This document shows, piece by piece, positions 45,851 to 55,652 of a DNA stretch of 64,000 nt. The position numbers were made by a program, and so were the translations under genes. The notes below the pieces were generated by a model. It was not told the DNA's origin, did no database searches, and saw nothing but the letters and a program-made list of their open reading frames with translations. This DNA comes from an uncultured delta proteobacterium (GTDB taxonomy: Bacteria; Myxococcota; UBA727; VGSZ01): positions 96,001 through 160,000 of the forward strand of contig CAVZJB010000009.1 of assembly GCA_963775425.1 (NCBI GenBank), written 5' to 3'. Each line of letters begins with the position of its first letter. Position 1 is the stretch's first letter.

Positions 45851-47221
45851 ATGAAGCGTTACGCCAACATCGCCCTCACCGTCGTCGTCGTGGTCTTGGC
45901 GATCCTCGTCGGCTGGATGGTGGCGAGCAAGTTCGGCCTGGTGGCGCCGCCCATCAAGCAGTCGAAGATCGATCGGCTCATCCGAACCACCACCGGCAAC
46001 CCCAAGCACAAAAACGCCTACCTCTCCGTCGACGACCCCACCATCAAGGTCGACGACCTCGGCCCGCGCAAATGGAAGATCATCGACGTCCATGAGCACC
46101 TCAAGGGCGAGCCCGAGGCCAAGATGCTCCTCAAGGAGATGGACAAGCTCGGCATCCAGCGCACGTCGCTCATGGGGTCCACCACGTACACGCTGACGCT
46201 CAACCCCATCTACGGCTTCGAAGGGTGGAAGGACAACAACGAGTCCTTGTTGAAGGTGAAGAAGGCGCACCCGGGGCGCTTCGCGGTGTTCGTCACGTTC
46301 GATCCGTGTGACGACGAGGACAAGGTCGCCCTCGTGAAGGACTACCTCGCTCGCGGCGCCGACGGCGTGAAGCTCTACCTCGGCCACGGCGCGCACACGC
46401 CCAAGTTCGCGTTTCACTGCGAGCCCATCGACGCGCCCAACATGGAGCCGTTCTTCGCGTTCGCCGAGGACGCGCAGATCCCCATCGTCCTGCACGTGAA
46501 CCTCGGGAAGTACTGGGACGAGATGCTCGACGTCCTCGAGAAGCACCCCTATCTGCGTGTGAACATGCCGCACTTCGGCCTGTCGAAGAACTCGGGCCAG
46601 AAGCTCAAGCGGCTCGCGTTCCTGCTCAACCGCTACCCGTACGCCTACACCGACGTGAGCTTCGGCTACTACACCTACCAGCTCGACGGGTACGAGAACC
46701 TGGCGATGTGGCGCTCGCGCAGCAAGGAGTGGCTCACGCAGGAGCGGGACAAGGTCATGTTCGCGTCGGACATGGTGCTCGAGCCGTCCAAGGACCAGCC
46801 GTACATCGAGAACACCCTGCGCGCGTACATGCAGTTCCTCGAGAAGGAGCGCTGGCGTGTGTTCCTCGTGCCGTCCAAGACCATGCACGGCATGGGGCTC
46901 GACGACGAGACGCTGCACCACATCTACGAGGTCGCGCCGCACAACTTCCTGCTCATGGACGACAAGGGCAACCTGCCGGACCGCACCAAGGACCCGCGCG
47001 TCGAGGTGCCGCGCCCGCCCGTCCCGCCGCTCACGCCCGACATGATCCCGCCGTTGCGCTTGCCGCGCGGCGGCGCCGTGCCGGCGCACGGCGCGGCCGA
47101 CGCCGGTGTCGCCGCCCCCGTCGACGCGGGCGCCCAGCAGGGCTCGAGCGAGCCCGAGGGCGACGACGAGGGCGAGATCGACGACGACGTCGGTGGAGGA
47201 GCCGGCGCGACGGCCGAGTGA
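45851..47221 (+). CDS. Membrane-anchored amidohydrolase-2 family protein
   Basis: N-terminal TM; IIDVHEH, GVKLY, IVLH, PHFG, YTDVS and MFASD motifs. Confidence 0.85.
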   Translation: MKRYANIALTVVVVVLAILVGWMVASKFGLVAPPIKQSKIDRLIRTTTGNPKHKNAYLSVDDPTIKVDDLGPRKWKIIDVHEHLKGEPEAKMLLKEMDKLGIQRTSLMGSTTYTLTLNPIYGFEGWKDNNESLLKVKKAHPGRFAVFVTFDPCDDEDKVALVKDYLARGADGVKLYLGHGAHTPKFAFHCEPIDAPNMEPFFAFAEDAQIPIVLHVNLGKYWDEMLDVLEKHPYLRVNMPHFGLSKNSGQKLKRLAFLLNRYPYAYTDVSFGYYTYQLDGYENLAMWRSRSKEWLTQERDKVMFASDMVLEPSKDQPYIENTLRAYMQFLEKERWRVFLVPSKTMHGMGLDDETLHHIYEVAPHNFLLMDDKGNLPDRTKDPRVEVPRPPVPPLTPDMIPPLRLPRGGAVPAHGAADAGVAAPVDAGAQQGSSEPEGDDEGEIDDDVGGGAGATAE

Positions 47222-47254
47222 CGGCGGCGGGGCCACACCCGCTGCCCGCGTCGT

Positions 47255-48568
47255 CTACTTGGGCAGGCCGATGGGCATGCCCGAGGGCGGCGGGCCCTGC
47301 TTGTCGTCGTCGCCGCCGAAGACCTCGGCCCACTTCACGCGCGCGGTGAGTTGCATCAGCACGAACAGCGTGAGGGTGGCGCCGACCGCGATGGACAGGC
47401 CCGTCTGCCCTTCGACGAAGAACGCGCACGAAAAGAGCACGAGGAACACGAGCTGCGCCGCCGCCGCCTGGAGCCACGCCGCCTTGCTGCCCATCACGAT
47501 GCGCAGGTAGCTCACCACCAACGCGACGCTGGCGACGGCGGAGATGGCGAACGCGGTGGCGATGTCGACGACGTCGACGAGGTAGGCCAGCAGCAGGTGG
47601 AACGCGAAGAACCCGGCCGCGAGGAAGAAGTAGTTCATCGGGTGCAGGCTCTTGCCGCGCACCACCCCGAGGATCACCATCACGGTGAAGAAGAACAGCA
47701 GGCTCACGGGCGCGAAGAACGAGATGCGCGCCGCCACCGGTCCCGGGTTCAAGCGGCTCGGCAGCTCCACCGCGATGCGCTGGCCGGTGACGAGGTTGGC
47801 GAACTTCCACGTGAGGAGGGCGCCGTCGCCGGCGGCGGCCTTCGCCGACGGCGACATCGAGCCCGACGGGAAGTCCACGTCGGCGACGTTGGTGGAGAGC
47901 GCGAGCGCGAAGTCGCGCACCTGCGAGACGCCGTCGCCGAACACGTAGCTCCACGTGCCGATGCCGCGTGAGCGGTAGGCGACGTCGACGTCGACGGCGT
48001 CGCCGGGGTGGAGCTCGAGGCGCACCACGGCGCCGCGCGACAGATCCGTGACCGCCGGCGCCTCCTTGCCGTTCACCTTGAAGACGAAGCCGTCGTAGAT
48101 GCCCTCGGTGGAGGGGAACGAGAAGCCGACCTCGGCGTCGCCGACGTCGTTGGTCTGGTTCTCGAAGCGATAGTGCCCGGCGAAGCCGACGCCGTAGGTG
48201 GGGAACCACAGCAGGCCCTTCCGGCGGTGCTGGAGATCGAGGGAGACGCGGACGTCGCTCTTCACGAGCGAGACGGATTCGCCGCGGGTGTTGCCCTGCA
48301 CGAGCGACTCACGGACGCGCTCGACGTGCTCGCCAACCTTCTTGCCCTTGTCGTCTCTGTCGACGACGTTGCGCGTGACGTCGTGGGTGACGAGCCACGC
48401 CTCCGGCGCCCGCTGCACGTGCTCACCGCCCCAGAGCCGCTCCACCTCGGCGCGCAGGGTGCCGTCGGCCTCGCCGCTGCGGTTGGTCACGGTAGCGCCG
48501 AGGATCATCCACGCGACCGTCGTGCATACGAAGATGAACCCAATGGCGAACAGGCGGAGCGGTGTCAC
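47255..48568 (-). CDS. CreD-like inner membrane protein
   Basis: N-terminal TM, LWGG..Q periplasmic domain, LHPMNYFFL, C-terminal TM bundle ending LMQLTARVKW. Confidence 0.75.
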   Translation of the reverse strand: MTPLRLFAIGFIFVCTTVAWMILGATVTNRSGEADGTLRAEVERLWGGEHVQRAPEAWLVTHDVTRNVVDRDDKGKKVGEHVERVRESLVQGNTRGESVSLVKSDVRVSLDLQHRRKGLLWFPTYGVGFAGHYRFENQTNDVGDAEVGFSFPSTEGIYDGFVFKVNGKEAPAVTDLSRGAVVRLELHPGDAVDVDVAYRSRGIGTWSYVFGDGVSQVRDFALALSTNVADVDFPSGSMSPSAKAAAGDGALLTWKFANLVTGQRIAVELPSRLNPGPVAARISFFAPVSLLFFFTVMVILGVVRGKSLHPMNYFFLAAGFFAFHLLLAYLVDVVDIATAFAISAVASVALVVSYLRIVMGSKAAWLQAAAAQLVFLVLFSCAFFVEGQTGLSIAVGATLTLFVLMQLTARVKWAEVFGGDDDKQGPPPSGMPIGLPK

Positions 48569-48638
48569 GCGAGCCTCCCTCACGTCGAGCGCGTGGTGTG
48601 GAGGCACAAAGCCGCGGGCCCCGGCGGCCATTCCGGTT

Positions 48639-48673
48639 GATCAAGCGACCGGAGGGAGCGGCCGCGCTGGATC
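48639..48673 (-). repeat. REP-like repeat, copy 4 (reverse orientation)
   Basis: Reverse complement reads GATCCAGCGCGGCCGCTCCCTCCGGTCGCTTGATC. Confidence 0.8.
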
Positions 48674-48687
48674 ACGCGACCGGAGAG

Positions 48688-49584
48688 TCAGCGCACCGTG
48701 ATGCGGAGGCCGGCGCGGTTTTCGAATTGCTGCAGCGCGCCTTTGTCGTAGGCGACGGCGTCGACGTGGGCGGGCTTGCCTTCGGCCGGGTGCACGAGGG
48801 TCATGCCGCGCACCTTGATGTGGATGCCCTCCATGTAGCTGAACAGGCCGTTGGCCTTGCCGACATAGAGCGTCTCGACGCGCACCTGGTGGGTGCCGGG
48901 GAACACGGTGCCCTCGTAGAACACCCGCGCCTTCCGGGCGTCGATGCCCGTTTGATCGTTGGCGTCGGTGACGCGCTTGCCGTCGACGAACACACGCACC
49001 TGGATGAGCTTGAGCCACGCGGAGACTTCGTCGGTGTAGCGCACCGTGAGCGGCGCCGACGGGAGCGGCTCGGGCGCGAGGTCCTGGTGCGCCGCGCGCG
49101 CGGTCCCCGCGTCGGCGACGCCCGCGTCGACGACGCCGTGGGCGGCCGCAGCGACGCCGGCGTCGTGGACGGCCTCGGCCTCGCCGGCGTCGACGACGAC
49201 CGGCTCCTTCGCGACCGCCGTGCTCTCGACCGGCTTGTTGTCCACCGGCTTGTTGTCGACCGGCTCCTCGGCGCGCGCGCGCCGGCCGTGGTGTGTGGGC
49301 CCGACGGGCGCCACCAGCGCAATGGCCGCGCCGGCGTCGACGACGGCCTCGACGAGGCCGCCCGCGTCGGCGGCGCCGGCATCGCCCACGGCTTCGGCGA
49401 CGCCCGCGTCGAGGTCGCCCGCGTCGGCGTCGCCCGCGCCGACGTCGCCCGCGTCGGCGTTGCCCGCGTCGTTGGATTCGCTCGTTCGGCTACAGGCGCG
49501 GCCGATGAGCAGACCGAGGACCACGGCGACCACCGCGATGACCGCGAATGCCAGGAGCCTGCCGGTGTTCCCGCGCCGAGGCAC
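48688..49584 (-). CDS. Membrane-anchored protein with DAG-repeat linker and beta-sandwich C-terminal domain
   Basis: TM then many DAG units; VFVDG..VFPGTHQVRV..LFSYMEG; TAGACT 6 nt upstream. Confidence 0.7.
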   Translation of the reverse strand: MPRRGNTGRLLAFAVIAVVAVVLGLLIGRACSRTSESNDAGNADAGDVGAGDADAGDLDAGVAEAVGDAGAADAGGLVEAVVDAGAAIALVAPVGPTHHGRRARAEEPVDNKPVDNKPVESTAVAKEPVVVDAGEAEAVHDAGVAAAAHGVVDAGVADAGTARAAHQDLAPEPLPSAPLTVRYTDEVSAWLKLIQVRVFVDGKRVTDANDQTGIDARKARVFYEGTVFPGTHQVRVETLYVGKANGLFSYMEGIHIKVRGMTLVHPAEGKPAHVDAVAYDKGALQQFENRAGLRITVR

Positions 49585-49602
49585 GGCGCGAGTCTACGGG
49601 GA

Positions 49603-50412
49603 TCAGAGCAAGGCGACCAATTGCCGGGCGGTGGCCACGAGCACGCCGTCCGCGGACCAAAGGTCGCAGCGCTCGTCGGTCATGCCTCCGTCGCCGACGC
49701 GCGAGCTCTGCACGATGAGCACGTGAGCGCCGGGCGCGACGGCGGCGGGATCGCCGTGGAAGTCGATGGTCATGTCGACGCTGCTGGCCGCGCGCAGCGA
49801 GGGGAGCCGGGGCATGAGCGCCGGCGGGTACGCGTCGATGAGCGCGGCGACGGCGGGCGCGTCGACGACCACGGGCTCGCGCGGCCGCAGCCAGCCGCCG
49901 ACGAGCGAGCGCGGCGACGATGACAGCGGCGGGTCGCCGAGGCACATGCGGTATTCGAAGAACTGCGTGAACGCCGGCAGGACCGGGACGTCGGGCGGCA
50001 CCGTGGGCACGCCCTCGGGAGCGGGGACAGCCGGCATCTGCGCGTCGAGGTACACGAGCGCGTCTTCCGGGCGCGGGCGCGGCACGGCGAACGTGGCGCT
50101 CGCGAGGGTGACCACCGTGTCGCCCTGGCGCACGCGCGCCGAGAGCGTGGACATGGTGGCGCCCGCGCGCTCGACGACGACGTCGCAGGTGAGCGGGCCC
50201 TCCCGGGCCGGCGCGCAGAAGTGCACGTGGAGCGTGCGCGGCCGGCGCGCGGGGGCGTCGACGACGGTCATCATCGCGCGGAGGACGCCGGCGTTGAGCA
50301 AGCCGCCGTAGGCGCCCTTGCCCTGAAACCAGGGCGGCGTGATCTCCGCCGTGAAGCGCGCGCCCCCGGCGCGGGTCCAGGTGGTGGCGGCGACGAGGGG
50401 GGCTGCGGTCAT
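49603..50412 (-). CDS. Double hot-dog thioesterase family protein
   Basis: WFQGKGAYGG, HVHFCAP, DAYPP, SVDMTIDFH and LWSADG..ARQ motifs. Confidence 0.88.
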   Translation of the reverse strand: MTAAPLVAATTWTRAGGARFTAEITPPWFQGKGAYGGLLNAGVLRAMMTVVDAPARRPRTLHVHFCAPAREGPLTCDVVVERAGATMSTLSARVRQGDTVVTLASATFAVPRPRPEDALVYLDAQMPAVPAPEGVPTVPPDVPVLPAFTQFFEYRMCLGDPPLSSSPRSLVGGWLRPREPVVVDAPAVAALIDAYPPALMPRLPSLRAASSVDMTIDFHGDPAAVAPGAHVLIVQSSRVGDGGMTDERCDLWSADGVLVATARQLVALL

Positions 50413-50581
50413 CGCCGGACGTTATCGGTGGGCGCCGCGGCGTCAACTCGGAGTCCACGGCGCTGGACGCGCCGCGCTCGTCGACGACGACCGTGTGCGC
50501 GATGCTGCGCCGTGCGCGCGGCGAAGCCGCCCTCGTCCGCGCGCTCCCGTTGGCATATCGAGCGGTCGCAGGAGCAACGCC

Positions 50582-51187
50582 GTGACCGCTCGCGCCCGAC
50601 GCCACCTCATCGCCGCCGACCCCGTCCTCGGTCGTCACATGGACAAGATCGGCGCCTGTCGCCTGCGCAAGGACGACATCTCGAGCCTCTACGAGTCGCT
50701 CGCGGAGGCCATCGTGTACCAGCAGCTCAACGGCAAGGCTGCGGCGAGCATCTTTTCGCGGGTGAAGGCGCTCGGGACCCGCGGCTTCCCGAGCCCCGCG
50801 GAGCTCATCGCCCTCGACGACGCTGCGCTGCGCGGTGCCGGCCTCTCGGCCGCCAAGGCCAGGGCCGTGCGCGACCTGGCGCTGCACGAGCAGCGCGGCG
50901 ACCTGCCCACGCTCGCGGAGGCGCACGGCCTCGACGACGCGGCGCTCGTCGACAAGCTCACGGCGGTGCGCGGCATCGGCCCGTGGACCGTGGAGATGCT
51001 CCTCATCTTCCGCCTCGGCCGCGGCGACGTCCTGCCCGCCACCGACTACGGCATCCGCCAGGGCTTCCAAAAGGTCTTTCGCACCAAGGCGCTGCCGTCG
51101 CCGGCGCAGGTCCTCGCCCGCGGCGAACGCTGGCGCCCCTTTCGCACCATGGCCGCGTGGTACCTCTGGCGCGCCGTGTCGCCCTGA
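50582..51187 (+). CDS. alkA: DNA-3-methyladenine glycosylase II (HhH-GPD)
   Basis: IVYQQL, GLSAAK, VRGIGPWT, DYGIR and WRPFR..YLW motifs; AGGAG RBS. Confidence 0.9.
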   Translation: MTARARRHLIAADPVLGRHMDKIGACRLRKDDISSLYESLAEAIVYQQLNGKAAASIFSRVKALGTRGFPSPAELIALDDAALRGAGLSAAKARAVRDLALHEQRGDLPTLAEAHGLDDAALVDKLTAVRGIGPWTVEMLLIFRLGRGDVLPATDYGIRQGFQKVFRTKALPSPAQVLARGERWRPFRTMAAWYLWRAVSP

Positions 51188-51272
51188 CGCCGTCGGTGTC
51201 GAGCGGAATGCCGCTTCGCCTTTTCGGTCGGCGTTTTTTGACATCGATGACGACGACGCCGACGATCGAGGC

Positions 51273-52115
51273 ATGTCCGCGCCACTCGTGCTCGTCGCCG
51301 CGCTCGCCGCCTCCCCGCACCCGTTGGGCTTCGGCCTCGCGGCCGCCGCGCCGGCGCCGCCGCAAGTGGTCGTCGTGCACGACGGCGCGCTGGCGGAGGC
51401 GCAGGCGGTGACCGCGCACCTGTCAGCGAGCGGGAAGGTGCTCGCCACGCTGCGCGAGGCGCCGCTCGCCGCGAGCTGCGTGCGCACCACGGCGTGCCCC
51501 GAGCGCCCGAAGGCCGACGCCCTCGTCGCGGTCGCCGTGACGGGATCGTCGGTGCACATCGAGCTCGTCGACAACACGGGGGCCACGCGGGCGAGCGAGG
51601 TGGTCGCCGTCGGCGATCCGGCGCTCCTCGACGCCACGCTCGCGCCCGCCCTCGATCGCATCGAGGACGCCGCCGTCGCCGGCGCCACGCCCGACGCGGC
51701 GCCCGCCACGCCGCCGCCCGACGCGCAGAGCCCGTGGGTCCCCTGGGTGCTCGGCACCGGCGTGGTGTGCGGCGGACTCTGTCTGCTCGGCGCCGCCGCC
51801 GGCGTGGTCTACGCGATGATCGCCTCGGCCCAGGCTGCCGGTGACGCCGCGGGTAACGCGTGCGGCGACGCGCTCACCAACGCCTGCACCGCACCCTTCA
51901 ACGCCCTCGGCGACGCCTGCGCCAGCGTCGCCGACATCGGCAACGCCTGCAGCGGCCTCGGCGACTCTTGCAGCAGCGCGGGCGACGCCTGCAGCGGCGT
52001 CGGCGACATCGGCGCGTGCGCGGTGATGCCGAACGCGCCCGCCGAGCCCGGCGACCCGCGCCCCGTCATGTCCGCGGCGCCGTCAACGGGCCGCGCGAGC
52101 GCGATGCGCTACTAG
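51273..52115 (+). CDS. Membrane protein with C-terminal periodic Cys-rich repeat
   Basis: GAGG RBS; TM followed by (G/T)(N/D)(A/S)C repeats. Confidence 0.65.
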   Translation: MSAPLVLVAALAASPHPLGFGLAAAAPAPPQVVVVHDGALAEAQAVTAHLSASGKVLATLREAPLAASCVRTTACPERPKADALVAVAVTGSSVHIELVDNTGATRASEVVAVGDPALLDATLAPALDRIEDAAVAGATPDAAPATPPPDAQSPWVPWVLGTGVVCGGLCLLGAAAGVVYAMIASAQAAGDAAGNACGDALTNACTAPFNALGDACASVADIGNACSGLGDSCSSAGDACSGVGDIGACAVMPNAPAEPGDPRPVMSAAPSTGRASAMRY

Positions 52116-52469
52116 AACGCCGAACAGGTTGAAACCAGCGTCACGACGCCATCACGGCACGCTGCGCCGCTTGGAGGTTCTGCAGCGCGGCGGTCCGGCG
52201 TAGCGCGAAGGCGTTCTTGCGACTCCCGCGGTAGCGCGCTCGTGGGCGCCTGCGTGCAGCGACGTGGGTGAGATGGTGCTCGACGCGGGCGCGGCGTCGA
52301 AGGCGCATGCGGCGAGGTGCTGTGCAAGCCCTGGCCAACACAGAGGGCGAAGGGACTGTTCACCAAGGCCGACTTTCGCATCGACCATGGACGGGCAGCG
52401 CGTGCGACTCGCGCTCGCCGGCCACGCTCAGCCGCGTTCCACCGCTCGCGGCAACCTGATCGGTGTTAG
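52112..52469. mobile_element. Internally deleted and rearranged IS1182-like relic with imperfect terminal inverted repeats
   Basis: Minus 52141-52310: RARVEHHLTH..RARYRGSRKNAFALRRTAALQNL; plus 52311-52385: GEVLCKPW..GLFTKADFRID; ends CTAGAACGCCGAACAGGTT and AACCTGATCGGTGTTAG. Confidence 0.7.
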
Positions 52470-53542
52470 TGCCAGGTGCCCGCGAGCGCGTCGGGGACCT
52501 GCAGCGCGTACGCGTCTTCGAACACGCCGAGGTTCGCGTCGGTGCCGAAGGCGAGCGCGCCGGCGCTGCCCGGCGGACCGCGCCAGTTGTACGTGAAGCC
52601 GCGGGCCTCGGGGCGCTCGCCGTCGACGGGGACCTGCGCCCACGCGCCGGTGTCGAACGTAAACGACCAGAGGTCGCCGAGCACGTGGCTGCCGTTGCCC
52701 GAGTCGGAGCCGAAGCCGTACAGCAGCATCGACTCGTCGGGGGCGAGCGACGTCCACGGGTAGCGGCGGCCCTGCGGCACGTCCGTCGACGTCGTCGCGA
52801 TCTGCGACCAGGTCTCGTCGGCGGGATCGAAGCGCCAGAGGTCCGAGAAGAAGATCGGGCCGAACGCGCCGAGGCCCATGCCGCCGACGAGGAGCACCGT
52901 GCCGTCGTCGAAGATGTGGATGCCGGCGTCGTAGCGCGCGGGCGGGCCGTCGATGGACAGCTCCGTGAGCGTGTGCGCCGCCGGGTCATAGCGCCAGGTC
53001 TTGCCGGTGAACCCCGAAGACGAATCGAGGCCGCCGAACACGTATCCCTTGTCCGCCGACGGCGAGAAGAACGCCTGGCAGCCCACGGGGTGGTCGGCGG
53101 CGCCGTTGGCGTCGATGGCGACGTGCTCGAGCGTCTCGGTGTTGACGATCTCGGCGCTGTTTTCGTCGTTGAACGTCCCGTTCCTGCCGCCCACCACGAG
53201 CAGCTCGTGTCGATTGGGATCGAACATGGCGCAGTTGCAGTAGCGCGGCGTGTCCAGCGTCGTCAGCGGCGTCGCGCGCATGGTCCCGTCCGACGCGTCC
53301 AGCCGGAAGATGTCCTGCGTCACGGTCATGCTCTGATCGACGCCGCCCACGACGAAGTCGCCGACGGCGGCTGCGCCCCAGCGGGCGTCGACGCCGTCGG
53401 TCTCGATGGGCGCGAACGAGAAGGTCGTCCGCTTCGGAGCGTTGTCGTCGGGCGGCGGCGCGGCGCCGGGGCCGACGCAGGCTCCCCCGAACGGCAGGGC
53501 GAAGGCGAGGGCGAGGGCGGGGCGCAGAGGGAGGAGACGCAT
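52466..53542 (-). CDS. Kelch-repeat lipoprotein
   Basis: Lipobox FGGA-C; repeated VGG/FGG..(D)LW.F(D) blades. Confidence 0.85.
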   Translation of the reverse strand: MRLLPLRPALALAFALPFGGACVGPGAAPPPDDNAPKRTTFSFAPIETDGVDARWGAAAVGDFVVGGVDQSMTVTQDIFRLDASDGTMRATPLTTLDTPRYCNCAMFDPNRHELLVVGGRNGTFNDENSAEIVNTETLEHVAIDANGAADHPVGCQAFFSPSADKGYVFGGLDSSSGFTGKTWRYDPAAHTLTELSIDGPPARYDAGIHIFDDGTVLLVGGMGLGAFGPIFFSDLWRFDPADETWSQIATTSTDVPQGRRYPWTSLAPDESMLLYGFGSDSGNGSHVLGDLWSFTFDTGAWAQVPVDGERPEARGFTYNWRGPPGSAGALAFGTDANLGVFEDAYALQVPDALAGTWH

Positions 53543-53629
53543 GGCGTGTGCGCTCTCAGCAGGCGGCGTGCCAAACGAGGTGATCGCCCGGCGCACACCT
53601 CGGGCCTGGCGGCGCGTCCGCCGCCGCTG

Positions 53630-54538
53630 TCACGAGGGCGCGAGGAACGCGAGCGTCTCGCGCACGAGGATCTCGGGCGCGTCGTGCTGCACCCAGTGCG
53701 AGCACTGCGGGATGCGCACGGTGCGCACCGACGTGACGACGCGGTCGAGGCCGTCGAGGTTCTCCGGAGGCAGCGCGCTGTCGTCGAGGCCCCACACCAC
53801 GAGCGTGGGCCGTTCGACGACGCCGCCGCGGTGGCGCCCGCCCTTGAGGCCGCGCAGGCCCTCGGCGACGGCGGCACGGCCGGCGGCGCGGTAGTAGTTG
53901 AGGCCCGCGGTGAGCGCCCCCGGCTTCTTGATCGCGCGGACGTAGAGCTCGACGTCCTCGTCGGTGAACGCGCCCTCGCGCCGCGGCTGGTACTTGAGGA
54001 TGTTCTTCAGCGGGCGGAAGTCGTCCGACGACACCAGGCGCTCGGCGACGAACGGCACCTGGAACACGAACATGTAGTAGCTCGCCTTGAGCTGATCGAA
54101 GTGGCGCAGCCGCTTCTTGAACAGCCCCGGGTGCGGGGCGTTGACGATGACGAGCTTGTCGAGGACGTCGTCGTGGCGGAGCGCGAGCTGCCACGCGACC
54201 ACGCCGCCCCAGTCGTGGCCGACGACGTGGGCTCGCTCGTGGCCGAGGGCGCGGATGAGCGCGTGCACGTCGGTGGCGACGCGGTCGACGGCGTAGTCGT
54301 CGACGTGCGGCGGCTTCTCGGAGTCGCCGAAGCCGCGCAGGTCGGGGACGGCCACGGTGAAGCCCGCGTCCCGGAGCGGACCCATGACGTGCCGCCACGT
54401 CACCCACGACTCCGGCCAGCCGTGCAGGAGCACCACCAGCGGGCCGCTCCCGCCGAGGACGACGTGGAGGGCGACGCCGTTCACGGTGACGCGAACGTGA
54501 TCGAAGCCGCGCGTGTCGTCGGCGACGGTGCTGGCCAT
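53630..54538 (-). CDS. Epoxide hydrolase-like alpha/beta hydrolase
   Basis: HGWPE, DLRGFGDS, GHDWGG, NYYRA and SHWVQ motifs. Confidence 0.92.
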   Translation of the reverse strand: MASTVADDTRGFDHVRVTVNGVALHVVLGGSGPLVVLLHGWPESWVTWRHVMGPLRDAGFTVAVPDLRGFGDSEKPPHVDDYAVDRVATDVHALIRALGHERAHVVGHDWGGVVAWQLALRHDDVLDKLVIVNAPHPGLFKKRLRHFDQLKASYYMFVFQVPFVAERLVSSDDFRPLKNILKYQPRREGAFTDEDVELYVRAIKKPGALTAGLNYYRAAGRAAVAEGLRGLKGGRHRGGVVERPTLVVWGLDDSALPPENLDGLDRVVTSVRTVRIPQCSHWVQHDAPEILVRETLAFLAPS

Positions 54539-55563
54539 CACCACACCATGTACGCGGAGCCCCAGGTGAAGCCGGAGCCGAAGGCGACGAGCGCCACCTT
54601 CATGCCCCGCTGCAAGCGGCCGTCGCGCTCGAGCTCTGCGAGCAGGATGGGGATGGTGGCTGCGGTGGTGTTTCCGTACTTCTGGATGTTGCTCGGCACC
54701 TTCTCCGGGGAGAGGCCGAGCTGATCGCGCACGTACTCGTTGATGCGCATGTTGGCCTGGTGGCAGACGACGAGGTCAAGGTCGTCTGCCTCGAGCCCGT
54801 TTTCCATGCACATGCCCATGAGCGACATGATCATCTTCTCGACGGCGTTCTTGAACACCGTCTTTCCGTCCATCTGACAAAACAGCATGTCCTTGGTGAC
54901 GATGCCGCGGCCCTCGGCGTCCTTGGGGATGAACGGGGTGTTCCTGTTGTTCCACACGCGCTGCGAGAGCGCGTCGGCGAAGCGGCCGTCGGCGCCGAGG
55001 TTCATCCAGCGGATGCCGCGCCCCGACTCCATGAAGGCCGGCTCGTCGCTCCCCCGCAGGACGACGGCGCCGGCGCCGTCGCCGAAGAGACAGGCGACAG
55101 TGCGGCCCTCGGTGGTGAAGTCGAGCGCCGAGGTGTGCTTCTCGCCGCCGACGACGAGGACGTTTTTGGCCATGCCCGTCTCGACGATGCCGCGGGCGCA
55201 GGCGAGCGCGTAGAGGAAGCCGGAGCACTGGTTCCTGACGTCGAGGGCGGGGATGCCCACGAGGCCGAGCTTGGCCTGCAGGTAGCAGCCGGCGCCGGGG
55301 AAGGCGTGCTCCGGCGACAGCGTCGCGAAGACGATGAAGTCGATGTCGGAGACCTCGAGCCCGGCGCGCTCGATGGCGTCCTTGCACGCGGGCAACGCGA
55401 GGTCCGAGGGCCCCTCGCCGTCCTCGGAGAACCGGCGGGCCTCAATGCCGGTGCGCTGGACGATCCACTCGTTGTTGGTGTCGATGCCCAGGTCGATGAG
55501 GTCCTGGTTGGTCATGACCTTGGGCGGGACATGAAACCCGGTGCCGGCGATGTAAGCGCGCAT
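54538..55563 (-). CDS. fabH: 3-oxoacyl-ACP synthase III family protein
   Basis: RTGI, QCSGF, LFGDGAGA, HQAN, YGNT and FGSGFTWG motifs. Confidence 0.93.
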   Translation of the reverse strand: MRAYIAGTGFHVPPKVMTNQDLIDLGIDTNNEWIVQRTGIEARRFSEDGEGPSDLALPACKDAIERAGLEVSDIDFIVFATLSPEHAFPGAGCYLQAKLGLVGIPALDVRNQCSGFLYALACARGIVETGMAKNVLVVGGEKHTSALDFTTEGRTVACLFGDGAGAVVLRGSDEPAFMESGRGIRWMNLGADGRFADALSQRVWNNRNTPFIPKDAEGRGIVTKDMLFCQMDGKTVFKNAVEKMIMSLMGMCMENGLEADDLDLVVCHQANMRINEYVRDQLGLSPEKVPSNIQKYGNTTAATIPILLAELERDGRLQRGMKVALVAFGSGFTWGSAYMVW

Positions 55564-55652
55564 GTGCGGGAACGTACCGGCGGCCCGGTGAAAGGCAACC
55601 CGGGCGTGCGGCCCGCCGTCGACACACGGCGGACCAAAGCGAGGCGTTCAGC

